Shown here: positions 41,964 to 51,797 of the stretch, piece by piece
How the letters are laid out: every line of letters starts with the position of its first letter
How positions within the stretch are numbered: the stretch's first letter is position 1
The notes under the pieces: generated by a model
The model's database searches: none
Told to the model about the DNA's origin: nothing
Seen by the model: the letters and a program-made list of their open reading frames with translations, nothing else
Translations under genes and position numbers: made by a program
Virus record (IMG/VR): IMGVR_UViG_3300024299_000001
Location: 1 to 64,000 of that record
DNA from: a virus
DNA length: 64,000 bases
Strand: one strand, 5' to 3'

Positions 41964-44900
41964 AATGTACTCCTTTGTTTTTCGTACTTGTTTGGTTTAA
42001 AAGTTTGCTTCAAATTTCTATTTAGCCATTTGCCAGTTATATAAGGTATCAAGAGCTTGGGCTTAGAAGTATACACTGCATTGTTGTATGCACGTATCTT
42101 GTCTGCTAAGTCCATTAATATTTCTGGGTCTTGCTTATATAGTGGCAAAGTGTAAAATCTGTTGTAGCGTCGTAGTATGTCAGACCGGTCTGCAGTGTAC
42201 TCTCTACGTTCTTGCGTCTCTGACCATTGACGGTCACGGATAGCCGAGAGTCTTGACGGACTGAATGAGAAGAGTCTGAGTATAACTTCATACGGTGTGC
42301 TCTTCAGTGGTGTCGTACCGTGATACACAGGTGCATATGAACCAGTAGTAAGTCCTTCAGTAAACTCTCGTTTACCCTTGATGATATTACCCAGTGCTCT
42401 AGGTGCTAAGTCCTCAAGTCCTTTCTCAGTTTCACCAAATGTGAAGTGCTCGTACGCTTTGGCAAAGTCTGACCATATGGCAAGTGGTGCACCACCAATC
42501 TCTATGACCTTCTTAGGAAATGGACTATTCATCTGGAGTGATCCAGTCATGTCTATTCCAGTTGTTGCACCAATTAAACCTGTACGAGCTATAGTATCTG
42601 ATCCAGTTAAGTCTTCAATAAATTGGTAGAACCTTTCTTCTGGGTCTTCGTGTCCTGGCCACATAGCTTTGATAAGTGTAGTTAACATAGTAGCTGGTAC
42701 TCCAGCCAATAGAGCTGGCGCCATCAGCATATACAGTGGCGCAATAATCTGTTTCTTGTTAAGTCCAAGGTCAAGCATGTTCAGTATGTAGTTGTGCTGA
42801 AACTTCATAAATGTAAAGGGCAAGTCAAGTAGTCGTATCTTCTGGATAACCCAAGGCTTGGCTGCTTTACCATATGTACCATGAGCTTGACTTGATATTT
42901 CTTTGGCATGCTGCAGCAGTTCTTTATGCGCTTTCTCAATCAGCTTGGGGTCTTTAGAAGAGTTCAAGGTAGTGTTAATTCTCTTATACATCTCCTTATC
43001 AGACTGTCTTAGAGCTTTATAAGCAGCAAATATAGTTGTAGCACGATTCACCTTCTCAGTTGCTCCAAACATGACCATAGCGTGTTTTAGAATCTCATTA
43101 AAGACTCTAGAACCTATACCTTGTATTACACGAGCAGCCTCATAGTTGAAATTTGCTTCATCCCAGCCTTGACTTGTTATGTAGTCAAATATCGCCTTAT
43201 CTTCAGCTGATAACGTGCCTGAACCAACCAGACTATGTATACCTAGTTTCTTAGATAAGCCAGCTCTGTATTTTGTATACTGAGTAACACTGTTTGCTAC
43301 ATGCTTTCCAGACTGTGCAAGATTTAAGCCAGTGTAACCAGTAATTGTAGCAGGTACAGCAAGTACCATATTTGTCAAGTTGACTGCTGCTGAACTTACA
43401 CGACCACCTAAGTACATGACGACTGCTAAAGCTTTGAAGTAACCAACAGCTCTGTCAAACCCTGTATCAGGCTTTAAGAAGAACTGCATGTATAAACGTG
43501 TTGCTTTATATAATCCTTTCTGGGTAGTAGGATCAATTGCTTTTTTCTTTACTTCAGTCAAGTAGTCCGTGTACGTGCCTTTCTTGTTAGTCTTCTGCCA
43601 GTCTTTAAATGACGTTTCACGACCTGTAAAAGCTAGGAGCATGTTACGTGTTGTTGTACGACGTGCTTCACCAGCAGCAAGTCGCTGTGCGTAACTTGTA
43701 AAAGCTTTATTCATGTCAGTCTCGAAGCCAGCGTAGTATCTTTTAGATCGCTGTTTACGTGATGTCAGTCTACCTTTTATCTTATACACGTCTGCAATGT
43801 TCTGCGCCATTTGATTGTGTATAGACTGCAGTACTTTAGTATCAGCGTCTTTCTTAACATTTTCTTCTGCGTTCTTAAGTAACGAGTCCATAGATGTTAT
43901 GAGCCCAGGAACATCAAAGATCACATCAGTAGGTGTAGGAGTTACTTTTATACTTACGTCATAACCGAGTGCTTTAAGACGTCTTGCTTCCACACCAACT
44001 GGCATTCTTGTATTAATCAACTGACGTGTCTTATTTACCCAAGGAGAAGACAATACGTTCTGTGGCAGATACCCTGAGTAAGTCTTTGTCACTAACTTAC
44101 CGTTTGAGTGCTCCGCTTTTAGAACATAGGCTTTACTCTGTCGTTCTCTAGGAAAGTAAGTACCTCGTAAGTCGCCTATCCTTGTTATTAACTGGCTAAT
44201 GGCGAGCTGCCGTGTTTTGCCTTTGTCATCTGTATATTGTGCTGTAGGAGCTTTAAGTCCATTCTCTTTGGCACTTGCAACTTGGCGTCTTAGCTCTTCT
44301 GTTAGTAGTGTAAAGCCTCGGTCAGTCAACAAACGTGCTTCTTTCACCATGTCCAGAGATGCTTGATTGAACTTGCGTTTCTTGAGCATCTGCTGCTCGA
44401 ATGATATCATCTTGCGTGTGGCTTCTTCTTCAGTCTTAGCTCTTCCAACAACTTTGTTAGATGGGTTCATCACTAGCCATGTAGTCTTCACCACTTTAGC
44501 GTTCTCAGTCTTTGTCACTGTGCTCTTAGTCTTTACTGAATATCCTCTACCTGTTGCATCTGTCTGCAGTAAGTAGTCATTAGCAATCTTGTAAGCTTTC
44601 TTGTAGCCACTAGTCTTCTTAAGATTCTTAATCAAGTTAGTCCAGTTACCGAGCACGAACTTCTCAATAGTATATTTAAGGTTATCTTCTCGTAATGCAT
44701 GACTCATAACCTTCTTGGCTTGTGCACCACGTCTCAAGTAATACTCAGGAGAGTTAAACAGTAAGCCCATGATACCGATGTTCTGCTCATGTGCTTTCCT
44801 TGTGAAGCCGTCACTTTCATCAAGCTTGTCAGATTCGTCAATCACGTTGTTGAATAGCTTAGCAATCTTAGCACGTAAAGGCACTTTAGAGGTTTCTTGA

Positions 44901-47900
44901 TCTTTCATCACGTCTCTAAAGAGCTTCTCTGCCTCTGCCTTATTGTCACCCAATATCTCGCCATCTAGTTTAGCTTGTTCAGCTTTAGTACGCACCTTAG
45001 CTGCGAGTGGTACTTTATCAGCAGATACGGTGTCGATAAGCTCTTGATTAAACTCAAACGAATTAAATTCTTTACCTGCTTTTGCGTAGTCTTTTATCTT
45101 GGTTGTAGTTAACTTACCACCGCCATATGGTTTAAATAACTTAGTAATAGTTTGTGGAAGATACTCTGTGTACTTCTTTACTATACCATCAACTATTTGA
45201 ATACCTTCAGTTGAGTCATATATCCATTTACCATCAGCATCTTGTCTAAAATTACTAGGCCAACCTTCTATAGCTGCTACATGATAAGGAGTCTTTGCCC
45301 AGATAAGTTTTGTGTGTCCTAGTGCTACGGCTTCCATAACCGCTCGTTTAAGAGCTAACTGAGTAGAATTGTCTTTAAATGGAAGATCGGGCTGTGCTCT
45401 AAGACTTTTTTTAGCTAAGAATGCTGGTTCTATAAGTTTTTCCATAACTTTTGAATCACGAATTATACTTTCTACGTCTTGTACAGAGATAGATTTACGT
45501 ACGTCTCTAGACAATCCACGTATTATATTAATCGCTAAATCTTCTGCGTCTACGTAAATAGCGGGACTATATGGACCAAAAGGACCAAAGAAACGTCCTT
45601 CCACGTGTATTTTAAAGTTTCTTTTTACGTCTTTATCATCTAAGTTTTTCTTCGTTATAGGAATAGTATCGTGCATCTTATTGACTATATAGTTTACATA
45701 ATGTTTAACTTTGGCATTTCCAGGTTCAGTTAACTGCCTTAGTTTAAGCGTATTTTTATCATATGTTTTTTTATCAGTATACCCGTACTTCTTTGCGTCT
45801 TGATGAGTATCAGACTGAATCTCGTGTATATATAATCCGTCACCTATAGAAGATACACGTAAATGTACTACTTCATTTTCTAACCTAAAGTGTTTACCTT
45901 TTTTACTAAGTTCAGTGTCTTTTATAGCTGGAATTTGTATAATTATCTCTTGGTAGTCTTTTAAACCTGTGGCTGTTGGTAAAGTAACATAGTCAGCTTC
46001 AACAGGCGCATTTCTATAAGCATCGCTAAATAAGGCGTCTTGTACCTCAGTTAAGTAACCTTGATCTTGTACAGCGTCTCGAATAATTCGCCAGTCTTCT
46101 ACTAAGTCTTCGTCAGCAAGTAAAAAGTCTTTGCTTTGTTTACTCATTAAGTCAGAGCTAATTGGAGCTAAACTATCTCTAAGAGAATTACTGTCTAAAG
46201 ATGTGTCGTTTAAAACATTAATTAAAAGATGATCCCGTACTTCAGGATATACACCTAAATTGTCTAACTTATCACGAATTATGTCTCTGAATACTATATA
46301 CTTATCATCCACAGCTACAATTAGTGTAGCAAAAGTATAAGACTCGCCTTTATTAAAATCACCATTTATATCTGGATACTCAGTTTCATTAATAGGCTTT
46401 GTTAAAAGTTCATTAACTCTATTAACAGCAGGTCCCGAAAACCCACTAGCTCGTTCAGCTATATAGTCTTCTGGATTTATACCTTCTTCATGTAACTGAT
46501 CAAATAGTGTTATATCGCGACCACCTAGTACAGTCTCATCCATTCTTGCTTTTAGGCCGTACTTAGCTAAGTGGTCCATAACTTGCTGCTTAGTAACTTT
46601 GCCTTTCTGTTTCTGCATCCACTCACGTAAATTAGAAAAGAAGAACTCTTCTTTTACATGAATCGGCATAGACTTGTTTGTCCAAGACTTAAATGTGTTA
46701 AGCCAGTTTTCAGGAGTCGCTTTACCTGGACCCTTAGCTTGTATGAAGTCGTCTTCAAGTCGTGAAGAAAACTTAGGTGCCAACTTAGAAGCTTTAGGTT
46801 TCGTTGGCGGTTTTAAAGGCAGTATATCAGCGTTCTTTCTGTCTTTGGCTTTCTCTAGTACGGTAATATTTCCAGGTGTTGTCATACCACCCTGAGGCTT
46901 AGCTTTATAACCACCAAAAGCGTCATCATATACTTTTGCAAAAGCTATCATGCCAGAAGTTAAAAAATCATATCGTTGTTCTAACTCAGCTTTTAACTTC
47001 GTGTACTCCCTAAATTTAAAAATACCTATTTCAGCTGTTAAAGCTTGCTTAGCATTCCATATTTTCTTTCTAGCTTGTACGTCAGTATCTTCAGCTTTTA
47101 TACCTGTTGCAGCGTCCCAAATTTTAAAAACTTCAGGTCGCATAGCATAATAAACTCGATCAGCTACTTCTACAGGAGTAATTGCAATTCTGTCGTTTAC
47201 CGACGTTTTATCGTAAGCCGACTTTGCAGGGAATTTTATTATTTTAGAAGCTAAGGGAATATCATTACGTTTTTTAACTACAGTTTGATTTAGTATTTTT
47301 TGATCCCATATAACGTAGTTAAAAGTTTTTCTTTCGTATCTTTTATACCGCGTCCAACCATCAATGAAACGTAAACCTGGAATACCAAATTTTTTAAACT
47401 CTAATGACGCAGCTTTATCTGATCCAAGCGCTTTAGATACGGCTCTGTATATATAACTACCTAGAGTATTATTATTTATACGCCGCATGTGAAGCTTGTT
47501 TTTGTATGGCACACTGTTTTTTCTTTGTACACTGTTAATAAGCTTGTGCATCTTTGCTCGTGCCATTGGTTTTTGTTGACCTAATGTTCTATCCCAATGA
47601 AAAAGTTGACTTATAGCAGGCGAAGGCATTTCTAACTTATACAAAGACGCGTCTTTATTAGTTGAGCGCGTAAAGTTTATCTTAGCTTGTTTAAGTTTCC
47701 AAGCATTTATAAGATGCCCTGCTTGATCATATAAAGGCAGTAGCCGTGCATTTTCAAAAGATGCTTGATCACGACGTAAGGCTTCAAGTTCAATATCTAA
47801 ATACCACAAAGCATCTTCATATATTTCTTGTGTGTCGTGTATATGTGTAGTACCATTAAATGCAAATCCTACATATGCAAGTGCTATATCTTCAGCAGTA

Positions 47901-50900
47901 TTAGCGTCAACAAACTGGCCGAATAAAATTTTAGTATTATATGCAGTAGGATTGAACTTAATTTTCTTGCCATTTACTGTTACACCTGTTATATTATACG
48001 CTGGAAACTGAAAATACTTATAGTAGTCTAATCCAGTAGCCTTCATTTGGGCCCCATAAAAACCCCAACCATAAGTTTGTACGCCTGATCCAGTACTCAT
48101 TTTATCTAAACGCGGTCTACCGTGTTTAAATCTTGATTCTTTTTGCCAAGTAACTGGACTGCCATGATATACTCTAGACGCAAGTGGAGCTGAACTTGTT
48201 AGTGTAGTATGTCCAAGCTTATTTCTGAGAATGTTACCGACGATCAAACCCATCTCATATCCAGATAAGTTCTCGGTCATGCCTAACTTACGTTTCAACC
48301 AAGCTTTAAGCTTGAAAACCATCTCTTTATAGAACGGGAGCTTTGTGTTAGCTTCATTCTGGATGTAGTGCATCAGAGTTTCTTCTTCCCATACTTCTGG
48401 TTTACTAGGATACTGTTCCTTTACCCAGTTATGTATATCGAGCAGGACTTTATCTGTCTTGATTCTCTTGGCTGCTGACGCTATGAAGCTGTTATACATT
48501 GCTTTGAATTGCTTGTCTGAAGCCAAAAGTAGATGACCGCCTTCATGGAGTATAACACCCTTGGCTCCACCAGCTCTCACAAGATTCTCAAGCACTAAAT
48601 ATAGCTTGCCTTTCCAGTAAACACCAGCAACTCTGTTCTTTTCACCTTTGGAGTACTTAGGATCGTCAAAGTCAAGTTCCTGAGTTGAGTCATATTCTTC
48701 GAGGTTAAACTCTTTCTTCACTCCATCTGGTAAGTCTTCCTGGTAGTCTACTGCCTCTACTTTTGACAGGGGGTCATCGATACCCATGTCTTGCATATCC
48801 TGCACAACTTGTGACTCTACGCCTCGAATTTTTATTTGTTCAGCTTTAGTTCTTTTAATGACTTTTTTCTTAGGTTTGGAGCCTTTCTTAGCTGGTTTCG
48901 AGCTCTTTTTAGCTTTCTTAGTAGTAGCGCTAGTCTTCTTCTTTTTAGTCGATTTTTGGCTATCTATAGGCTCCGACTTTTCTACTTTTTTCTTAGCTTC
49001 GCTCTGTGATTCAAGCTCGCGTATTTTATCTTCTATTTGTTTAGCAAATTCAGGGTCTTTCTTCTTATACTCAGTCAGCATACCTTTTAATTCAGCTATG
49101 CGCTTGTTAATAGCTTTAACAGATGGAGTACCACCAAAGAACCTATCAATAGCTGCACTCATTTCTTTTTTATCGGTGATAGGAGAAGATTCTTCTTTTT
49201 TAGCTTCGCTCTGTGATTTCTTAAGGTTCATTGTAGCATGCAGACGCTTTACTTTTAAATCATGAATTATCTTTTTTGTATCAGTTATAACGTCTTTATG
49301 TGCGCCACCTTCTTTGGCATGCTTTAATACATACTGCTGCCCGGCTATCTTGGCGTTAATTTTATCTAACTCAGATTGTTCTTTTGATATTACTTTTGTG
49401 TCTTTATTCTTTGGCTTTGGAAGCTTGGTACTCTTCTTTTTTGTCTTTGGCTTTTCTACTTTCGTCTTCTCTTTAGACTTAACCTGGCCTTTCTTATCTT
49501 TTGTAATTGTCTTCTCTTTGAACTTGGGTTTCCAGTCAATTGGTACCCAGCGAACTCTGCCGTCATCAAACTCAGCTCGTTTTATAAAACCTTTTTTCTC
49601 AAGGACTTTAAATGTCTGTGCAGTAACACCAGTTTTAGGACGCTCTTCTTTTTCCATGGCGTCAATGGCTTTTTGATTAAGCCACTTGAAATTACCAACA
49701 ATTTTCTTACCATCCATAATTACAGGATAAGGCTTATAATCGTTTTCATCCAGGAGAGATTCCTGTATTTGACCTAAAGCTAGACGTTGAAATTTACTCA
49801 GAGGCTTTTGCTCGCTTGCTTCAGCAGCGTTAAACGGTGTAAACTCTTTCTCTGTTTCATTCGATTGTACATATGGGCCAACTTTAGTCTTAGTATTTTG
49901 TTTTTTAAGCTGAGCTGAATATACTGTACTTGCAAACTCCGCTTGCATTACTTGTACTTCTTTTTTGTCTTTTGGTAGTCCTGTGTCATTCGTTTTTTTA
50001 TTTACATACGCAGTAAAGCTGGAGTGCTTCTTAGCAAAAGTTAACTTTTGAGCAAGAGACATCTTACCCCATTTTATAGTATCTGGCACAGGTAGTATAG
50101 AGTCTTTGTCTTTTACTTCTTCTGTCTCTTTCTTTAAGCCCTTAGTCTCGACCTTAATACTCTTCATATTAGCTTCGCCACGTAACTCATTCTTCTGAGC
50201 TGCTGAGTATCCTTTCCAGTCTTCTTCTGTTACGTTGGCAAGCTTGATTACTTCAGCATCAGATAGCTTCTTCGGCTTAGGTGTTTTCTTGGGTGCAGCT
50301 TCTGCTTCACCAGTGTCTTCACGTATAACAAAACCACCCTTAACTTGCTGAACTTTAAACTTTTTCTCTGGATCAAGCTTCCGTATCTTAAGAGCACCTT
50401 CTGCTTTTTTCTTTGTTGTATATGGCTTAGTACTACGTGCAGGAAGTAAGTCACTTTCAAGCATGTCACTTAAGTCTTCTTCAGTGATTACTTCTTCTGC
50501 ATCTGTGGTTTCTTCAGTTTCTTCTTCCTCTGTTTCTTCTATTGTTTCTTCTTCAGCATTCTCAGCAAACTGAGTAGTAGTTGGTTCTTGCTGTACTTCG
50601 TCTTGAATACTGTCAGGTACAGATAAGTCTTTTTTAATACCTGACTTAGTTGCTGCTACAAATGCACCAGCACCGCCTATAGCACCACCTGATACACCAG
50701 ATTCTACTATACGTTTTATATTCTCAGGTGTCAGAAACTTCTCATCTGTATTAGCAACAATATTAAGTATTGAACTTACTTCCTGACCAGCTTCCTGTAA
50801 CATTTCTGATGGTATATTTGTAAGCAGTTTTTTAGCAGCACGTTTTAAGTATGACCCAGGCATGCCTTTAGCAATAGCACCTACAAAGTCGTCAACTAAA

Positions 50901-51787
50901 CCGATATTGCCACCTGCGAGTTCCATAAGACCAGAAAGAACGCCAAAACCTAGTGAAGACATAGGAGCGTCTACGCCGTGCTCAGTCAAAAGCTCTCCGT
51001 AATTAAGACCTGCTTCAAGCTGAGATACTGTACCAACCATACCAGCTTTAGTAAGCTTCGCAACAGTTTTACGACCGCTAGCCTTCATATAGCCTTTAAG
51101 TAAGGCTTTTTCGAGTTGTTTCTCAGTAGCCTCTCGTGCAGTTTCTTTTATGACCTTATTTTTGATTTGGTGTGCAACTGCTGCCTTAGCTTTTTCTCTG
51201 ACCATTTTTCTCAAGCCATGTTTTACTACAGAGTATCCGACACCAGCAGATAGAGTTGTACCGATAATTGTTTCAGCTATAATAGGAACTTGGGATGCAA
51301 TTAAACCTTGAAACCAATCTACTCCTGTTCCTATACCTTTTACTTCATCAAGACTCAGAGTAGGATACTGACTTGCTTCGTCTTCGTACTGCGCGTACTT
51401 ATCCATACTAAAATCTTGAACAGCACTACCAGTGTCTTTAACAATGTCTATACCAAGTTTTTCTCCTGCGTACTTTGCTAAAGAACCAAGCACACCACCA
51501 AAGCCAGCCACACCTTGTTTAGTCGTAGCTATACCTTGTTTTAGACCGCGCTCTACATCTCCTAAGCGCAGCTTATTTGCTTCAGCTTGACGCTGTCTTA
51601 AAAGCTGGTGCTGCCAGTCTTCTTCATTAATACCAGACATAGTACGCGCGATTTGACCAAAGGGAACGCCTTGCTCAACAAGTGGTCGAATATCTACACC
51701 TTGATTTACTGCTAGACCTATAGCGATCTCTTGATCTGACATACCTTCTTGTAAGGCCGTCATATAATTTTCAGGAGTAAAGGGCAT
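41960..51787 (-). CDS. Giant (3275 aa) multidomain virion, ejection or polyvalent-type protein
   Basis: Single uninterrupted ORF with an RBS. It has hydrophobic Gly-rich N-terminal segments, an acidic linker and a Lys-rich region of about 550 aa. HEGGH lies at aa 1081 and YHGSP...YGWGFYGA at aa 1207. C-terminal TM helices are present. Confidence 0.85.
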   Translation of the reverse strand: MPFTPENYMTALQEGMSDQEIAIGLAVNQGVDIRPLVEQGVPFGQIARTMSGINEEDWQHQLLRQRQAEANKLRLGDVERGLKQGIATTKQGVAGFGGVLGSLAKYAGEKLGIDIVKDTGSAVQDFSMDKYAQYEDEASQYPTLSLDEVKGIGTGVDWFQGLIASQVPIIAETIIGTTLSAGVGYSVVKHGLRKMVREKAKAAVAHQIKNKVIKETAREATEKQLEKALLKGYMKASGRKTVAKLTKAGMVGTVSQLEAGLNYGELLTEHGVDAPMSSLGFGVLSGLMELAGGNIGLVDDFVGAIAKGMPGSYLKRAAKKLLTNIPSEMLQEAGQEVSSILNIVANTDEKFLTPENIKRIVESGVSGGAIGGAGAFVAATKSGIKKDLSVPDSIQDEVQQEPTTTQFAENAEEETIEETEEEETEETTDAEEVITEEDLSDMLESDLLPARSTKPYTTKKKAEGALKIRKLDPEKKFKVQQVKGGFVIREDTGEAEAAPKKTPKPKKLSDAEVIKLANVTEEDWKGYSAAQKNELRGEANMKSIKVETKGLKKETEEVKDKDSILPVPDTIKWGKMSLAQKLTFAKKHSSFTAYVNKKTNDTGLPKDKKEVQVMQAEFASTVYSAQLKKQNTKTKVGPYVQSNETEKEFTPFNAAEASEQKPLSKFQRLALGQIQESLLDENDYKPYPVIMDGKKIVGNFKWLNQKAIDAMEKEERPKTGVTAQTFKVLEKKGFIKRAEFDDGRVRWVPIDWKPKFKEKTITKDKKGQVKSKEKTKVEKPKTKKKSTKLPKPKNKDTKVISKEQSELDKINAKIAGQQYVLKHAKEGGAHKDVITDTKKIIHDLKVKRLHATMNLKKSQSEAKKEESSPITDKKEMSAAIDRFFGGTPSVKAINKRIAELKGMLTEYKKKDPEFAKQIEDKIRELESQSEAKKKVEKSEPIDSQKSTKKKKTSATTKKAKKSSKPAKKGSKPKKKVIKRTKAEQIKIRGVESQVVQDMQDMGIDDPLSKVEAVDYQEDLPDGVKKEFNLEEYDSTQELDFDDPKYSKGEKNRVAGVYWKGKLYLVLENLVRAGGAKGVILHEGGHLLLASDKQFKAMYNSFIASAAKRIKTDKVLLDIHNWVKEQYPSKPEVWEEETLMHYIQNEANTKLPFYKEMVFKLKAWLKRKLGMTENLSGYEMGLIVGNILRNKLGHTTLTSSAPLASRVYHGSPVTWQKESRFKHGRPRLDKMSTGSGVQTYGWGFYGAQMKATGLDYYKYFQFPAYNITGVTVNGKKIKFNPTAYNTKILFGQFVDANTAEDIALAYVGFAFNGTTHIHDTQEIYEDALWYLDIELEALRRDQASFENARLLPLYDQAGHLINAWKLKQAKINFTRSTNKDASLYKLEMPSPAISQLFHWDRTLGQQKPMARAKMHKLINSVQRKNSVPYKNKLHMRRINNNTLGSYIYRAVSKALGSDKAASLEFKKFGIPGLRFIDGWTRYKRYERKTFNYVIWDQKILNQTVVKKRNDIPLASKIIKFPAKSAYDKTSVNDRIAITPVEVADRVYYAMRPEVFKIWDAATGIKAEDTDVQARKKIWNAKQALTAEIGIFKFREYTKLKAELEQRYDFLTSGMIAFAKVYDDAFGGYKAKPQGGMTTPGNITVLEKAKDRKNADILPLKPPTKPKASKLAPKFSSRLEDDFIQAKGPGKATPENWLNTFKSWTNKSMPIHVKEEFFFSNLREWMQKQKGKVTKQQVMDHLAKYGLKARMDETVLGGRDITLFDQLHEEGINPEDYIAERASGFSGPAVNRVNELLTKPINETEYPDINGDFNKGESYTFATLIVAVDDKYIVFRDIIRDKLDNLGVYPEVRDHLLINVLNDTSLDSNSLRDSLAPISSDLMSKQSKDFLLADEDLVEDWRIIRDAVQDQGYLTEVQDALFSDAYRNAPVEADYVTLPTATGLKDYQEIIIQIPAIKDTELSKKGKHFRLENEVVHLRVSSIGDGLYIHEIQSDTHQDAKKYGYTDKKTYDKNTLKLRQLTEPGNAKVKHYVNYIVNKMHDTIPITKKNLDDKDVKRNFKIHVEGRFFGPFGPYSPAIYVDAEDLAINIIRGLSRDVRKSISVQDVESIIRDSKVMEKLIEPAFLAKKSLRAQPDLPFKDNSTQLALKRAVMEAVALGHTKLIWAKTPYHVAAIEGWPSNFRQDADGKWIYDSTEGIQIVDGIVKKYTEYLPQTITKLFKPYGGGKLTTTKIKDYAKAGKEFNSFEFNQELIDTVSADKVPLAAKVRTKAEQAKLDGEILGDNKAEAEKLFRDVMKDQETSKVPLRAKIAKLFNNVIDESDKLDESDGFTRKAHEQNIGIMGLLFNSPEYYLRRGAQAKKVMSHALREDNLKYTIEKFVLGNWTNLIKNLKKTSGYKKAYKIANDYLLQTDATGRGYSVKTKSTVTKTENAKVVKTTWLVMNPSNKVVGRAKTEEEATRKMISFEQQMLKKRKFNQASLDMVKEARLLTDRGFTLLTEELRRQVASAKENGLKAPTAQYTDDKGKTRQLAISQLITRIGDLRGTYFPRERQSKAYVLKAEHSNGKLVTKTYSGYLPQNVLSSPWVNKTRQLINTRMPVGVEARRLKALGYDVSIKVTPTPTDVIFDVPGLITSMDSLLKNAEENVKKDADTKVLQSIHNQMAQNIADVYKIKGRLTSRKQRSKRYYAGFETDMNKAFTSYAQRLAAGEARRTTTRNMLLAFTGRETSFKDWQKTNKKGTYTDYLTEVKKKAIDPTTQKGLYKATRLYMQFFLKPDTGFDRAVGYFKALAVVMYLGGRVSSAAVNLTNMVLAVPATITGYTGLNLAQSGKHVANSVTQYTKYRAGLSKKLGIHSLVGSGTLSAEDKAIFDYITSQGWDEANFNYEAARVIQGIGSRVFNEILKHAMVMFGATEKVNRATTIFAAYKALRQSDKEMYKRINTTLNSSKDPKLIEKAHKELLQHAKEISSQAHGTYGKAAKPWVIQKIRLLDLPFTFMKFQHNYILNMLDLGLNKKQIIAPLYMLMAPALLAGVPATMLTTLIKAMWPGHEDPEERFYQFIEDLTGSDTIARTGLIGATTGIDMTGSLQMNSPFPKKVIEIGGAPLAIWSDFAKAYEHFTFGETEKGLEDLAPRALGNIIKGKREFTEGLTTGSYAPVYHGTTPLKSTPYEVILRLFSFSPSRLSAIRDRQWSETQERREYTADRSDILRRYNRFYTLPLYKQDPEILMDLADKIRAYNNAVYTSKPKLLIPYITGKWLNRNLKQTFKPNKYEKQRSTL

Positions 51788-51797
51788 ATATCCTCTC

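Noticed and set aside
48786-49676. 159-aa and 120-aa plus-strand ORFs inside the giant gene
   Set aside because: They are Phe/Leu/Ser-rich translations of the antisense of the Lys-rich (AAA/AAG) region, which is a composition artefact.
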